From NCBI GenBank assembly GCA_034670305.1, contig JAXMNT010000002.1, forward strand, positions 128,001 to 192,000: DNA of 64,000 nt, read 5' to 3'. The position numbers were made by a program, and so were the translations under genes. The notes beneath the pieces are model-generated. The model saw only the letters and a list, made by a program, of their open reading frames with translations. It did not search any database and was not told where the DNA came from. Every line of letters begins with the position of its first letter. Positions within the stretch are counted from its first letter, which is position 1. This document shows, piece after piece, positions 1-9,585 of this stretch. This stretch comes from Deltaproteobacteria bacterium (GTDB taxonomy: Bacteria; Myxococcota_A; Polyangia; Polyangiales; Houyiibacteriaceae).

Positions 1-165
1 CGCCTTCGCCACGGCGGCCGGACGGTGCTGAGCGCGTTCGGCCGTTCGATGGCCCACCGAGTCGACGACGTCGCCGCCTCGGTCACCGCCATCGGCTACC
101 TGCGCCCCGACACCTGGCGCGGTGGAGACGCACTCGAACTGAGCCTCGAAGTCCTCCTCTCGTAG
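1..165 (+). CDS. recJ: 3' end of single-stranded DNA exonuclease RecJ (C-terminal OB fold), partial
   Basis: Frame 1 reads RLRHGGRTVLSAFGRSMAHR...VTAIGYLRPDTWRGGDALELSLEVLLS*, resembling the RecJ C-terminal 'AF/IG...L..n/dtWrG...lql.l' pattern; lies near secDF, a common recJ neighbour. Confidence 0.7.
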   Translation, partial: RLRHGGRTVLSAFGRSMAHRVDDVAASVTAIGYLRPDTWRGGDALELSLEVLLS

Positions 166-400
166 CCTCGGCCTCGGCCTCGGAGTGGGCTCGCGGCTTC
201 GGCTTCGGCGTCGGCTTCGGCGTCGGCTTCGGCTTCGGCGTCGGCGTCGGCTTCGGCGTCGGCGTCGGCTTCGGCGTCGGCATCGGCTTCGGCGTTTCGG
301 CGTCGGCCTCGGCCTCGGCTTCGGCATCGGCATCGGCATCGGCTTCGGCATCGGCGTCGGCTTCGGCTTCGCCCTTCGGCGCACGCCCTTCGGCGCTCGC
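166..400. repeat. Degenerate hexamer microsatellite (TTCGGC/GTCGGC/ATCGGC)n
   Basis: Directly visible 6-bp periodic tract starting right after the TAG at 163-165. Confidence 0.95.
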
Positions 401-455
401 CCCCGGCGTGCGATCCCGATCGCGCCGCCGCGCTCCCTGTACTACGCTCCTCCTC

Positions 456-1211
456 GTGCTGGCCCATCATCGCGTGCGCTCGTCCCTTCGAGACGCCGTG
501 GCCCTCGGATGGATGGTCTCGGTTCTCGCGTTCGCCTCCGCCGCCCTCGCCCAAGACGTGGGCGAAGAAGCCGACGTCGAAGTCGAGGTCGCTGAGAACG
601 AATCGGACGAGGATGCGCGCGCCCTCTTCGCGCGTGCCCGCGTCGCCTACGCCGAGGCGCGCTACGAGGCCGCCCTCCCCTTGTTCGTGGCGTCGTTCGA
701 ATTGAGCGGCCGAACCGAGCTCCTCTACAACATCGGGCTCACCCTCGAACGGCTGCGCCGAGACGACGAGGTCTTCGAGCCCTTCGAAGCGTACTTGGCC
801 AGCAACCCGCCCGCGGAACGGCGCGCTGAAGTCGAACGCCGGATCGAAGCGGCACGGGCCCGCATCGAGGCGCGGCGAGTCGAAAGCAGCACGCCCACGT
901 CGTCCCCTTCGGTCGCGCCCTGGGTGCTCGCCGGCATCGGCGGCGCGGTGGCCGTGGCTGGCGTGGTGTTGTGGGCGCTTGGCGCCCGGCGGGTCGCAGA
1001 CGTCGAAGCCTCGGAACCGGGCACCCGCGAGTGGATCGACGTGCGCGACGACGCCGAGTCCGGGCGCACGCTCTCGATTGTAGGTACCAGTCTTTTGGGT
1101 GTGGGGGTCGGGATTGGCGCCGTGGGGGTCGGCTGGGGGCTGGCCGCGGGCGGCTCGGACGACGACTCCATGCAAGCAGAAGCGGTGGTGACTTGGAGCG
1201 GCACGTTTTGA
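456..1211 (+). CDS. Exported TPR protein with C-terminal hydrophobic segments (myxobacterial TPR/PEGA-partner type)
   Basis: Signal-peptide-like VSVLAFASAALAQ; TPR-like ARALFARARVAYAEARYEAAL and LLYNIGLTLERL; Gly/Ala-rich hydrophobic C-terminal stretches; GTG 456 start is a guess (ORF open from 408). Confidence 0.75.
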   Translation: MLAHHRVRSSLRDAVALGWMVSVLAFASAALAQDVGEEADVEVEVAENESDEDARALFARARVAYAEARYEAALPLFVASFELSGRTELLYNIGLTLERLRRDDEVFEPFEAYLASNPPAERRAEVERRIEAARARIEARRVESSTPTSSPSVAPWVLAGIGGAVAVAGVVLWALGARRVADVEASEPGTREWIDVRDDAESGRTLSIVGTSLLGVGVGIGAVGVGWGLAAGGSDDDSMQAEAVVTWSGTF

Positions 1212-2671
1212 AGCTTGGTCGATGGTTGGGTGCGGGGCTCTGGCTGGTGGTTGCCGGGTGCGACGTGGCGCCGGACGACATGCAGTTCCTCTGCTCCGAC
1301 GGCATCACCTGCCCGGACGGACAAACGTGCGTCGTCGGTGTCTGCCGAGACGTGCTCGTGGACGCCGCCATCGACGTGGTCGAGATCGACGGATCGATGG
1401 ACGCGGGCGGTTCTGAGGACGGCGGTGTGGAAGACGCCGCCGTCGACGCGCCCACCGACGCGCCGCTCCCCACCGACGAAGTCTGTGCCCCGGATCCGAC
1501 CGGCCACGGCGTCGACGAGGACCTCGATGGCCTCATCGACGAGGGCTGTGTCTACCGCTTCGGCACGCCCCACCCAGTCACCGACATTCACGGACCGAAC
1601 CTCCACTTCAGCCCCGAGTTGACCGACGATGGGCTTCTGTACTTCGTGCGCGCTGGGAGCGAAGGGAACGGGATCTGGCGGTCGGAGCGTCTCTCGGACT
1701 TCGAGAAGTTCCGCGCTCCTTCCCTCGAGTTCGGGTTCGGCGGTGGACTCATCGATTCGATGTCGGTCACCGGGGACGGTTCCGAGTTCGTCGTCCAGAT
1801 CGGGGGGCAACTTCGGCAGGTCGTCGAGGGCACGATCGAACCCGGATTGGCGCTGGGCGTCGAGGCGGCGTACCACCCCAGCCTCAGCCGCGACGGAACC
1901 GAACTCTACTTCGCGGGCGAGGTCGGAGCGGACCGCAGGATCTACCGCTCCCAGCGGATCACGGATGGCTCCTTCGGCCCGGGCGTCCGAGTGTTTCCCG
2001 AATCGACCGAGAGGGAAGAGTTCCCGAGTCTCTCAAGGGATGGGTCCACGCTTTGGTACACCAGTGCCGCCGGCATGCGCATCGCGGTCCGGGCCGAAGG
2101 CGAGATGTTCACGACCTCCCTTCCATTCGAGGGCCTGCCCGTCGCAGCCGCGCAGCCGTTCTACCACCCGCCGACCCGCGAGATGTTCTACGTCCAGCGC
2201 GGGGCCGTGGAGTGGTCGCCCACCGACCACTCCATCTGGCGGGTCCAGGTGTGCCGAACCCGCACCGGTGCGTGTGAGGTCGATCCGATCCCCTGCGAGA
2301 GCGGCAACCGCTCGGACAACGGAAACCACTGCTACGAATCCACCGCGGACCCGACGTCGTTCTCGGCGGCGGCCGCTCGCTGTCTCTCGGAAGGCGGACA
2401 CCTGGTGACCATCCACTCCGCGGAAGAGGAGAACATCGTCAACCGGACGGCCACGCTCCCGACCTGGATCGGCGGAAGCAGAGGCCCCGGTGGCAACGAG
2501 TGGGTGACCATGGAGCCCTTCCTGTTCTCTCGGATCGACCGCGCCCCGCCCGACGGATGCCTCGCTCTGAATGCCATTGGTGGCTGGGCTCCGCTCGACT
2601 GTGAGGGCACCCGCATCGCGTCGGTCTGCGAATGGGACCGCTGGCCCGTGTGGGTCGACGACGCTCCGTAG
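1208..2671 (+). CDS. Cys-rich lipoprotein with TolB/PD40-like propeller repeats and C-terminal C-type lectin-like domain
   Basis: TTG overlaps the upstream stop (TTGA); lipobox VVAGC; DEDLDGLIDEGC motif; PSLSRDG repeats; C-terminal CY...AARC...GGHLVTIHSAEE...WIGG...C..L...W...C......CE pattern. Confidence 0.8.
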   Translation: MKLGRWLGAGLWLVVAGCDVAPDDMQFLCSDGITCPDGQTCVVGVCRDVLVDAAIDVVEIDGSMDAGGSEDGGVEDAAVDAPTDAPLPTDEVCAPDPTGHGVDEDLDGLIDEGCVYRFGTPHPVTDIHGPNLHFSPELTDDGLLYFVRAGSEGNGIWRSERLSDFEKFRAPSLEFGFGGGLIDSMSVTGDGSEFVVQIGGQLRQVVEGTIEPGLALGVEAAYHPSLSRDGTELYFAGEVGADRRIYRSQRITDGSFGPGVRVFPESTEREEFPSLSRDGSTLWYTSAAGMRIAVRAEGEMFTTSLPFEGLPVAAAQPFYHPPTREMFYVQRGAVEWSPTDHSIWRVQVCRTRTGACEVDPIPCESGNRSDNGNHCYESTADPTSFSAAAARCLSEGGHLVTIHSAEEENIVNRTATLPTWIGGSRGPGGNEWVTMEPFLFSRIDRAPPDGCLALNAIGGWAPLDCEGTRIASVCEWDRWPVWVDDAP

Positions 2672-2689
2672 ACACCTAGGCTGATTGAC

Positions 2690-2915
<226 letters not shown>

Positions 2916-2923
2916 CTGCCCCC

Positions 2924-2967
2924 CAAACGAGAAACGCGCCCAGCTCAGGGTGTGAGCGGGGCGCGTT
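2924..2967 (-). terminator. Probable intrinsic terminator of secF
   Basis: Hairpin AACGCGCCC...GGGCGCGTT (2933-2967) followed on the minus strand by TCTCGTTT. Confidence 0.55.
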
Positions 2968-2989
2968 GGTTCGCGAAAACGTGCGGTCT

Positions 2990-4174
2990 TCAGGTGGCGG
3001 CGGGCTTCGACTTTCGTCGGGCGCGGCCCTTGTTCTCCTTTTGGAAGAACTTGCGGTCCATCCATTCCGTCACGGGGGCCGCGACGTAGATGGAGGAGTA
3101 GGTGCCGATGAGGATGCCGCAGAACAGGGCGAAGCAGATGTCCTGGATGACCGGGGTGCCCCAGATGAAGAACATCACGACCGAGAGCAGCGTCGTGGTC
3201 GACGTCACGATGGTGCGCGAGAGCATCTGGCTCGTGCTGAGGTTGATGAGGTCCTTCAGCGGCTTGTCGCGGTACCGACCCATGTTTTCTCGGATGCGGT
3301 CGTAGACGACAATCGTGTCGTTGATGGAGTACCCGAGGATTGTTAACAAGGCCGCCACCGTCGTGAGGTTGACCTCCTTCTGGACGGCTACGTAGATGCC
3401 CAGGGTGATGACGGCGTCGTGGAACATCGCGAGCACGCCGCCCGGCGCGAAGCGCAGGTCGAAGCGGAAGGCGACGTAGACCATGATGAACGCGATGGCG
3501 TAGAAGAGGGACTTGAGGGCCGCGTCGCGAAGCTGCTCGCCCGCTTTCGGTCCGACCCATTCGACCCGGCGCTGCTCGGGCGCGCGCTCGCCGAGCCGTT
3601 CGCCGAGTGCCGCGACAATCTCATCGGCGATGCCCTTGAGCACGACCTCGAGCCGCACGTCGTCGCTGCCGACGAGGGGTTCAATGCCGTTGCCGCCATC
3701 GCCGGAACGGATGCGAACGCCTGCCCCTTCGATCGCGGCGGCCAGGCCGCCGTGGTCGACGTCCGAGCTCAGACGAAGGCTGATCTTGTCGCCGCCCGGC
3801 GAGAGTCGGAACTCGCGCAGGTTGCTGTCGCCGACGAACTCACGAACCGCGTTCTCGAGCTCGGTGGCCTGCGACTCGGAGAGCGCGGACACTTCTCCGA
3901 CCCGGACCATGTATTCGTCGCTCGCGTCGTCGACGCGCACGACGTCGGCGCCGGAGTAGCCCATCTCTTCGAGGTGGCCGCGAAGTTCGGCCGCCCCGAT
4001 CTCACCCTGGAAAGCGAGCTGGATCTCGGTGCCGCCGGCGAAGTCGATGCCGTAGTTCGGGCCGGGGTAGAAGATCGAGATGATCGACGCAATGACGAGA
4101 ACGAGCGACGTGCCCACCACCGGTCCGCGGTGGCGCATGAAGTCGATGTACGTGCCGGGTTTGACGAATTCCAT
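2990..4174 (-). CDS. secF: Protein translocase subunit SecF
   Basis: GIDFAGGT, VGPKAG, HDAVIT, GYSINDTIVVYDRIREN, GTYSSIYVA motifs; directly downstream of secD; ATG 4174. Confidence 0.97.
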   Translation of the reverse strand: MEFVKPGTYIDFMRHRGPVVGTSLVLVIASIISIFYPGPNYGIDFAGGTEIQLAFQGEIGAAELRGHLEEMGYSGADVVRVDDASDEYMVRVGEVSALSESQATELENAVREFVGDSNLREFRLSPGGDKISLRLSSDVDHGGLAAAIEGAGVRIRSGDGGNGIEPLVGSDDVRLEVVLKGIADEIVAALGERLGERAPEQRRVEWVGPKAGEQLRDAALKSLFYAIAFIMVYVAFRFDLRFAPGGVLAMFHDAVITLGIYVAVQKEVNLTTVAALLTILGYSINDTIVVYDRIRENMGRYRDKPLKDLINLSTSQMLSRTIVTSTTTLLSVVMFFIWGTPVIQDICFALFCGILIGTYSSIYVAAPVTEWMDRKFFQKENKGRARRKSKPAAT

Positions 4175-4176
4175 GT

Positions 4177-6045
4177 TCAGCCCACCCGCAGGCGCTTCAC
4201 GCGCAAGCCACGGACAATCCAATCAAGCATCACCTTCGAACAGAAGATGCCGGTGAAGAGCGAGGTCACGATGCCGATCATCAGCATGACCGCGAATCCC
4301 TTGATGGGACCGCTGCCGTACTGGAAGAGCACGATGCCCGCGATGAAGGTCGTGATCTGGCTGTCGACGACCGACCAGAACGCGCGCTTGAACCCTTGGT
4401 CCACTGCGCTTCGCGGTGACTTACCGTCGCGTAACTCCTCCCGTATGCGTTCTGTGATGAGCACATTCGCATCCACCGCCATGCCCACTGTGAGTGCGAT
4501 CGCCGCTACCCCCGGGAGCGTCAGCGTGGCCTCGAGGGCCGCCATGATGGCGAGGAGGAAGAGGAGGTTCAGGACCACCATGATGTCGGCGACGATGCCG
4601 GCGACTTGGTAGTAGAGGGCCATGAAGATGAGCACGATCACGATGCCGATGAGCGCGCCTTGGGCACCCTTCGCCACGGAGTCGCGACCAAGCGTCGGTC
4701 CGATGCGCTGCTGGTTCGCCGGGCGCAGCGGCGCGGGCAGTGCGCCGGCGCGAAGCACGACGACCAGGTCGTTCGCCTCGTCGAAGAGCGACTGGTAGTC
4801 GCCGCTGCCGAGCGAGATCTGCGCGCGGCCGCCACCGATGCGGGCCTGGATGACCGGCGCCGAGTTGGCGACTTCGTCGAGCACGATGGCCATGCGTCGT
4901 TTGACGTTGCGGCCGGTCATGTCCTCGAACTTGGTCGCGCCCGCGGAGTTGAACTGAATCGAGACGACCGGGCGGTTGCCCTCGCTCGGGTCGAAGCTGA
5001 CGAAGGCGTCTTCGACGTCTTCACCAGTCACGTTGGTGGTGCGCCACACGTAGTAGGTACGCCACGCTTCTTCTTCGGCGCCGAGGTCGTCGAGGTCCGC
5101 GCGCTCCACCTTGGCGAGCACCAGCTGGTGGTCGTCCGGGATCGTGAGGGTCTCGATGAAGTCGCTCAGCTGCTTGCGGACGCTGACGCAGGTGGTGTCG
5201 CCGGCCTCTTCGCAGACCGGGCCGCGGGCCATCAGGTACGTGGAGCTGACGCTCGGGCGGGTCTCGCCGGCCGGCGCCGACTCCACGAGCACCGAGATGC
5301 CGTCGGGTGCGGTCTCGCGCGCCGAGGAGAGGATGCTGGTGCCCTCTTCGTCGAGGACCTTGAACTCGAGGCGCGCCGTCTTGGCGATGATGTCGATGAT
5401 CGCGTTGAAGTCTTCTTCGGTCGCGCCGGGGACTTCCACGATGAGATCCGAGTCGCGCCCGATGACGGTGGCTTCCCGGATGCCGAGGGTGTCGACCCGG
5501 TTGGCGACCGTGAGCTGCGCCTGTTCGACCGCGGTCGTGGTCAACTCGTCGATGCGGTCTTCGCGCATCGAGAGATCGATGCGGTTGCCGTCGTCGCCGG
5601 TCATCCGGAGGTCGGTGAAGTTCTCCTCCAACCACTCGGTGTCGAAACGCTCGCGATCGGCGTCGTTCTCGAACACCACGCGGATGTTGCGGGCGCCGAC
5701 GCGCTGGACCGTGACGCGCTCCTGGACTTCCTGGAGCTGCTCGCGGCTCGCGTTGTCCTTCTCGTCGTCTTCGAAGACATCGAGAAGCACCCCGAGCTCG
5801 CGCACCATCTGTTCCGAGTAACGGTCACGCCGGTCGCGGATGTACTCGTCGACCTCGACTTCGTACATGAGCCGCAGCCCACCCCGAATGTCGAGGCCAG
5901 GGCTGATTCGGCCCGGGAAGTACTCTTTGACGATGTCGGGCGCCGAAAGCATGTCGGCCTGATCGAGGCTCGGCCAGAGCGACAACCAGGCGGAGATGGC
6001 CGCGCCGAGCACGACCAGGAAACGTAGATACCAGGAGCGTTCCAT
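4177..6045 (-). CDS. secD: Protein translocase subunit SecD
   Basis: GLDIRGG, NRVDTLG, LRAGALPA, IGPTLG, GMAVDANVLITERIREE, GPIKGFA motifs. Confidence 0.97.
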   Translation of the reverse strand: MERSWYLRFLVVLGAAISAWLSLWPSLDQADMLSAPDIVKEYFPGRISPGLDIRGGLRLMYEVEVDEYIRDRRDRYSEQMVRELGVLLDVFEDDEKDNASREQLQEVQERVTVQRVGARNIRVVFENDADRERFDTEWLEENFTDLRMTGDDGNRIDLSMREDRIDELTTTAVEQAQLTVANRVDTLGIREATVIGRDSDLIVEVPGATEEDFNAIIDIIAKTARLEFKVLDEEGTSILSSARETAPDGISVLVESAPAGETRPSVSSTYLMARGPVCEEAGDTTCVSVRKQLSDFIETLTIPDDHQLVLAKVERADLDDLGAEEEAWRTYYVWRTTNVTGEDVEDAFVSFDPSEGNRPVVSIQFNSAGATKFEDMTGRNVKRRMAIVLDEVANSAPVIQARIGGGRAQISLGSGDYQSLFDEANDLVVVLRAGALPAPLRPANQQRIGPTLGRDSVAKGAQGALIGIVIVLIFMALYYQVAGIVADIMVVLNLLFLLAIMAALEATLTLPGVAAIALTVGMAVDANVLITERIREELRDGKSPRSAVDQGFKRAFWSVVDSQITTFIAGIVLFQYGSGPIKGFAVMLMIGIVTSLFTGIFCSKVMLDWIVRGLRVKRLRVG

Positions 6046-6048
6046 GTC

Positions 6049-6429
6049 TTACTTTTCCTCCGACACCGGCGTGCCCTCGGGGCCCGCGATGTGGGAGCGG
6101 AGAACATCAATCTTCGTCTTGTCCGCAATCTTCAGGCGCACGGCAGCGTCGTCCAGGTCGACGATCTCACCGCGAATGCCGCCCGTGGTGCGCACGATCA
6201 ATCCCTTGCGCAACGACTTCAACATCGACTCCGTCTCGCGCGCACGCTTCTGCTGCGGGCGGATGATGAAGAAGTAGAAGACCAGGAACATCACCGCGAG
6301 CAAGCCGAGGTTCATGCCCCCCGCTGCGCAGTTCGGTGGACCCCCACCCGATGCTCCCGTGGCGGCGGCGCCCCCACCCGCGGAAGGGGCGGGCTGCCAG
6401 GTCATCAGCTCGAGAAAAAAGAGGAGCAA
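6049..6429 (-). CDS. yajC: Preprotein translocase subunit YajC
   Basis: FYFFIIRPQQKR...LRKG..V.TTGGI.G motif; first gene of yajC-secD-secF; start uncertain. Confidence 0.95.
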   Translation of the reverse strand: MLLFFLELMTWQPAPSAGGGAAATGASGGGPPNCAAGGMNLGLLAVMFLVFYFFIIRPQQKRARETESMLKSLRKGLIVRTTGGIRGEIVDLDDAAVRLKIADKTKIDVLRSHIAGPEGTPVSEEK

Positions 6430-6633
6430 CGTAGTTCAACCGTGAACGCGGCCCGGGCTTCCGGTTCCGCAGTAAAATTGGGGAATTGGCGAGAAGTCTC
6501 GCGAAAGACGGCGAGGCTTACTCCATGCCCTACCCCCCGTCAACCGAGTGGGGAGCGGGTTCGGGCGTCGAAAAGCGCAACGATCACACGGGCTGAGAAC
6601 CAGGGTCCGACCGTGGAATTGCCGGTTGCCCCG

Positions 6634-9585
6634 ATGCCCTCGGTGACGTCCAATGCGGCGGTGCATCCCGGTCCCGAAGACGTCCCGGCGGAGTCCGCCG
6701 CGGCGAAGGCTCGGGACGCCCTGCGTGTCCTGCGCCCCGACACCTCCGAGGCCCAGCTCGCCCTCGCCGAAGCCCTCGGGACCCACGCGCCGGCGCTGCT
6801 GCCCCTGGTCCTTGCGGATCCGAGCGTCCTGGACGATGTCCAGGCGCGGCCACTCGATCGCACCGACGACCGGGACGAGATCCGGAAACAGTTCGCCGTC
6901 TGCGCCGAGGCCAATGACGAGGCCACCCTCCACCGGCTGCTTCGTCAGACGCGGCATCGGGCCATGGTGCGCATCGCGCTTCGCGAAGTACTTCGATATG
7001 CAGACATCGACCAGACCGCGAGCGAACTCGCGGTGGTGGGCAGTGCGGCGCTGGATGCCGCGCTCAGCGCGTGCCGGCACCAACTGGTACAGCGCTTTGG
7101 GGACGCGCTGCACAGCTCAGACCCGAACGTGCCCATCGCGGTGTCGGCGCTCGGCATGGGCAAGCTCGGCGGTGGAGAGCTCAACTTCGGAAGCGATGTC
7201 GACCTCATCTTCTTCTACGACACGGACGACGGACAGGTGGGGGACGGGCTCGAGGTCACCGTGCACGACTTCTTCACCCGGCTCGTGCGCCTGGCGACCA
7301 AAGCCCTCTCCCAGGTCACCGAACACGGATTCGTCTTCCGCGTGGATTTGCGGCTCCGGCCCGAGGGCAGCCAGGGTCCGCTCGCGAACTCACTCGCGAG
7401 CGCCGAGCGCTACTATACGACCTTCGGGCGCACCTGGGAGCGGGGCGCGCTCCTTCGCGGGCGGCCGGTCGCCGGTGACCCCGCATTTGGAGAGGTCGTG
7501 GTGGACGCCCTGCGCCCCTTCGTCTTCCAACGTTCGGTCGATCCGTCGATCGCCGCGGAGATGCACGGACTGACCCGTCGCTCGCGCCGCGACCTCGCTG
7601 TCGACGACGCCCGCAACGTGAAGCTCGGACGCGGAGGCATCCGAGAGGCCGAGTTCTTCGTGCAATCGCTGCAACTCATCTGGGGCGGCCGCCATCCGGA
7701 ACTTCAGGTCGCCGGCACGATGGAGGGCCTTCGCCGCCTCCGCTCGCTCGGGCTCGTGACCCACAGCGACGCCGAGCAGCTGGAGACCTCCTGGGCGCTC
7801 CTTCGGCGTGTCGAACACCGCATCCACATGGTGGCCGGCTACCAGACCCACGACCTCCCGGAGCCACGGGGCCTCTTCGCGGCCTCGCTCGGCTTCGACG
7901 ACTCCGAAGCGTTGGACGACGCCCTGAGCAGCGCGCGCGAGATCGTGAAAGACCTCTACGACTCGCTCCTCGAAGACACCGACGAACAGACCGACGACCC
8001 AGATCTCGGCCGACTGATCGATCGGCTCTTCGACGGCGATGCCGCTCGGCTCGCGGAGATGGCCGAACGGCTGTTCGCTCAGGACGACGTGGACGAGGTC
8101 GTCGCGCACTTGACCCGGCTCGCCCGCTGGACGCGCTCGCCCTTCGGTCCCGTCGGCCGTCAATCGCATCCGCAGCTTGCACGTGTCCTGCTGCGCGAAG
8201 TGCTCGACGCGGCGGACCCCGTCATGGCGCTCTCCCACCTGGCGGACTTCTTTCTTCGTGGCGGCAGCGGCTTCGCGCGCTCGCTCGAGGCCGAGCCGCG
8301 CTTGACGCGACGGTTGATCGGACTGTTCGGGTCAAGCCCCACCCTGGCGGAACTCCTGGTGGGGCATCCCGAGACGCTGGGTGAACTGCTCGCGGGGGCG
8401 AGCCTCCCTTCCGCCGAACAAGTGGCGCGGGCACACGACGACGGCGCCGTGCAACGTGCCGACATCGAAGACTTCGTGGCGTGGCTGCGTCGGCTCCGGC
8501 GCGAACACCTGCTGCGGGTGGGGCTCGCGCAGATCGGCGGGGAGTTGGACGAACGCGGATCACAGCTCGCCCTGAGCGCACTCGCCGACGCCCAAGTGCG
8601 CGCTTCGTTGCACTACGCGGCGCGAGAGACGATCGCCAAACTCGGGCAGCCCGACGCGACGTGCGACGGCTTCGTCGTCGTGGGCATGGGCAAGCTCGGG
8701 GGCGGCGAACTCGGCTTCACGAGCGACCTCGATCTCATCTTTCTGTACGAAGGCGACGGAGAGACCGCGAACGGCCGGAGTCATGTCGAACTCTTCTCCC
8801 GGATCGCCCAACGGACGATGCGTCTGCTCTCCCAAGCCGATGCAGAAGGTCCCGGCTACGAGGTCGACGCGCGGCTCCGCCCCAGCGGCGCGCAAGGGTT
8901 GCTGGTGACCTCGATCGACTCGTTCGAGCGCTACCACCAAACCCGCGCGCAGCCGTGGGAGCGGCAGGCCTTGGTCCGCGCCCGCCCCGTCGCCGCCACG
9001 ATCGGCGCGGACGAGATGGCAGGCCGCGTCGCCCGATTGCTCGAAGAGACCGCGTACGGACAAGGCGAACCCGAGGTCGGCCGTCTGGTGGCGCTCCGCG
9101 CGCGCATGCAACGTGAACTTGCCGGCGAACGACCGGATCGATACCATCCGAAGCTCGGTTTCGGGGGCTTGGTGGACATCGAGTTCCTGGTTCAGTGGCT
9201 CCAGATGCGACACGGATCCGAACCCAGCGTCCGACGTCGGCACACCACGGGCGCCATCGAAGCGCTCCGGCGCCTGGCCGAGCGTGGCTCGAAAGAGCCC
9301 GGACTGACGGATCATGAAGCAGAGGCGCTCCTGGATGCGTATGCATTCTTCCGACGCGTCGAGCAGGCCGCCGGCTTGCTCGACCCGGCGAGCGGCGGCG
9401 CGCTGAGACTCGACGGGCCGCGCGGACGGGTGGTGGCGCGCGCGCTGGACTTTCGCGAACGCGATGGCGTCCCTCCCGTGGACGTCCTGCGTGCGTTCTG
9501 GCAACGACGGGCCACCGAGGTTCGAACTTTGTTCGAAGCGCGACTGGCTCCCGTGGGCGAGCCGCCGCCCTGGCGTGAGTCATGA
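6634..9585 (+). CDS. glnE: Bifunctional glutamine synthetase adenylyltransferase/adenylyl-removing enzyme
   Basis: Two nucleotidyltransferase halves: MGKLGGGELNFGSDVDL / RVDLRLRPEG / KLGRGGIREAEF and MGKLGGGELGFTSDLDL / VDARLRPSG / GGLVDIEF; start 6613-6634 (the ORF extension to 6091 overlaps yajC). Confidence 0.95.
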   Translation: MPSVTSNAAVHPGPEDVPAESAAAKARDALRVLRPDTSEAQLALAEALGTHAPALLPLVLADPSVLDDVQARPLDRTDDRDEIRKQFAVCAEANDEATLHRLLRQTRHRAMVRIALREVLRYADIDQTASELAVVGSAALDAALSACRHQLVQRFGDALHSSDPNVPIAVSALGMGKLGGGELNFGSDVDLIFFYDTDDGQVGDGLEVTVHDFFTRLVRLATKALSQVTEHGFVFRVDLRLRPEGSQGPLANSLASAERYYTTFGRTWERGALLRGRPVAGDPAFGEVVVDALRPFVFQRSVDPSIAAEMHGLTRRSRRDLAVDDARNVKLGRGGIREAEFFVQSLQLIWGGRHPELQVAGTMEGLRRLRSLGLVTHSDAEQLETSWALLRRVEHRIHMVAGYQTHDLPEPRGLFAASLGFDDSEALDDALSSAREIVKDLYDSLLEDTDEQTDDPDLGRLIDRLFDGDAARLAEMAERLFAQDDVDEVVAHLTRLARWTRSPFGPVGRQSHPQLARVLLREVLDAADPVMALSHLADFFLRGGSGFARSLEAEPRLTRRLIGLFGSSPTLAELLVGHPETLGELLAGASLPSAEQVARAHDDGAVQRADIEDFVAWLRRLRREHLLRVGLAQIGGELDERGSQLALSALADAQVRASLHYAARETIAKLGQPDATCDGFVVVGMGKLGGGELGFTSDLDLIFLYEGDGETANGRSHVELFSRIAQRTMRLLSQADAEGPGYEVDARLRPSGAQGLLVTSIDSFERYHQTRAQPWERQALVRARPVAATIGADEMAGRVARLLEETAYGQGEPEVGRLVALRARMQRELAGERPDRYHPKLGFGGLVDIEFLVQWLQMRHGSEPSVRRRHTTGAIEALRRLAERGSKEPGLTDHEAEALLDAYAFFRRVEQAAGLLDPASGGALRLDGPRGRVVARALDFRERDGVPPVDVLRAFWQRRATEVRTLFEARLAPVGEPPPWRES

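Noticed and set aside
83-595. Pro-Lys, Arg-rich or Gly-Phe repeat proteins from hexamer tracts (also 2033-2926, 18342-18986, 49856-50719)
   Set aside because: Stop-free translations of microsatellites with no RBS or protein-like content
2310-2671. Diversity-generating retroelement target in the C-type lectin domains
   Set aside because: No reverse transcriptase and no template/variable repeat pair; the two lectin domains are not near-identical in DNA
6091-6612. N-terminal extension of GlnE
   Set aside because: Overlaps yajC on the opposite strand and the divergent promoter region
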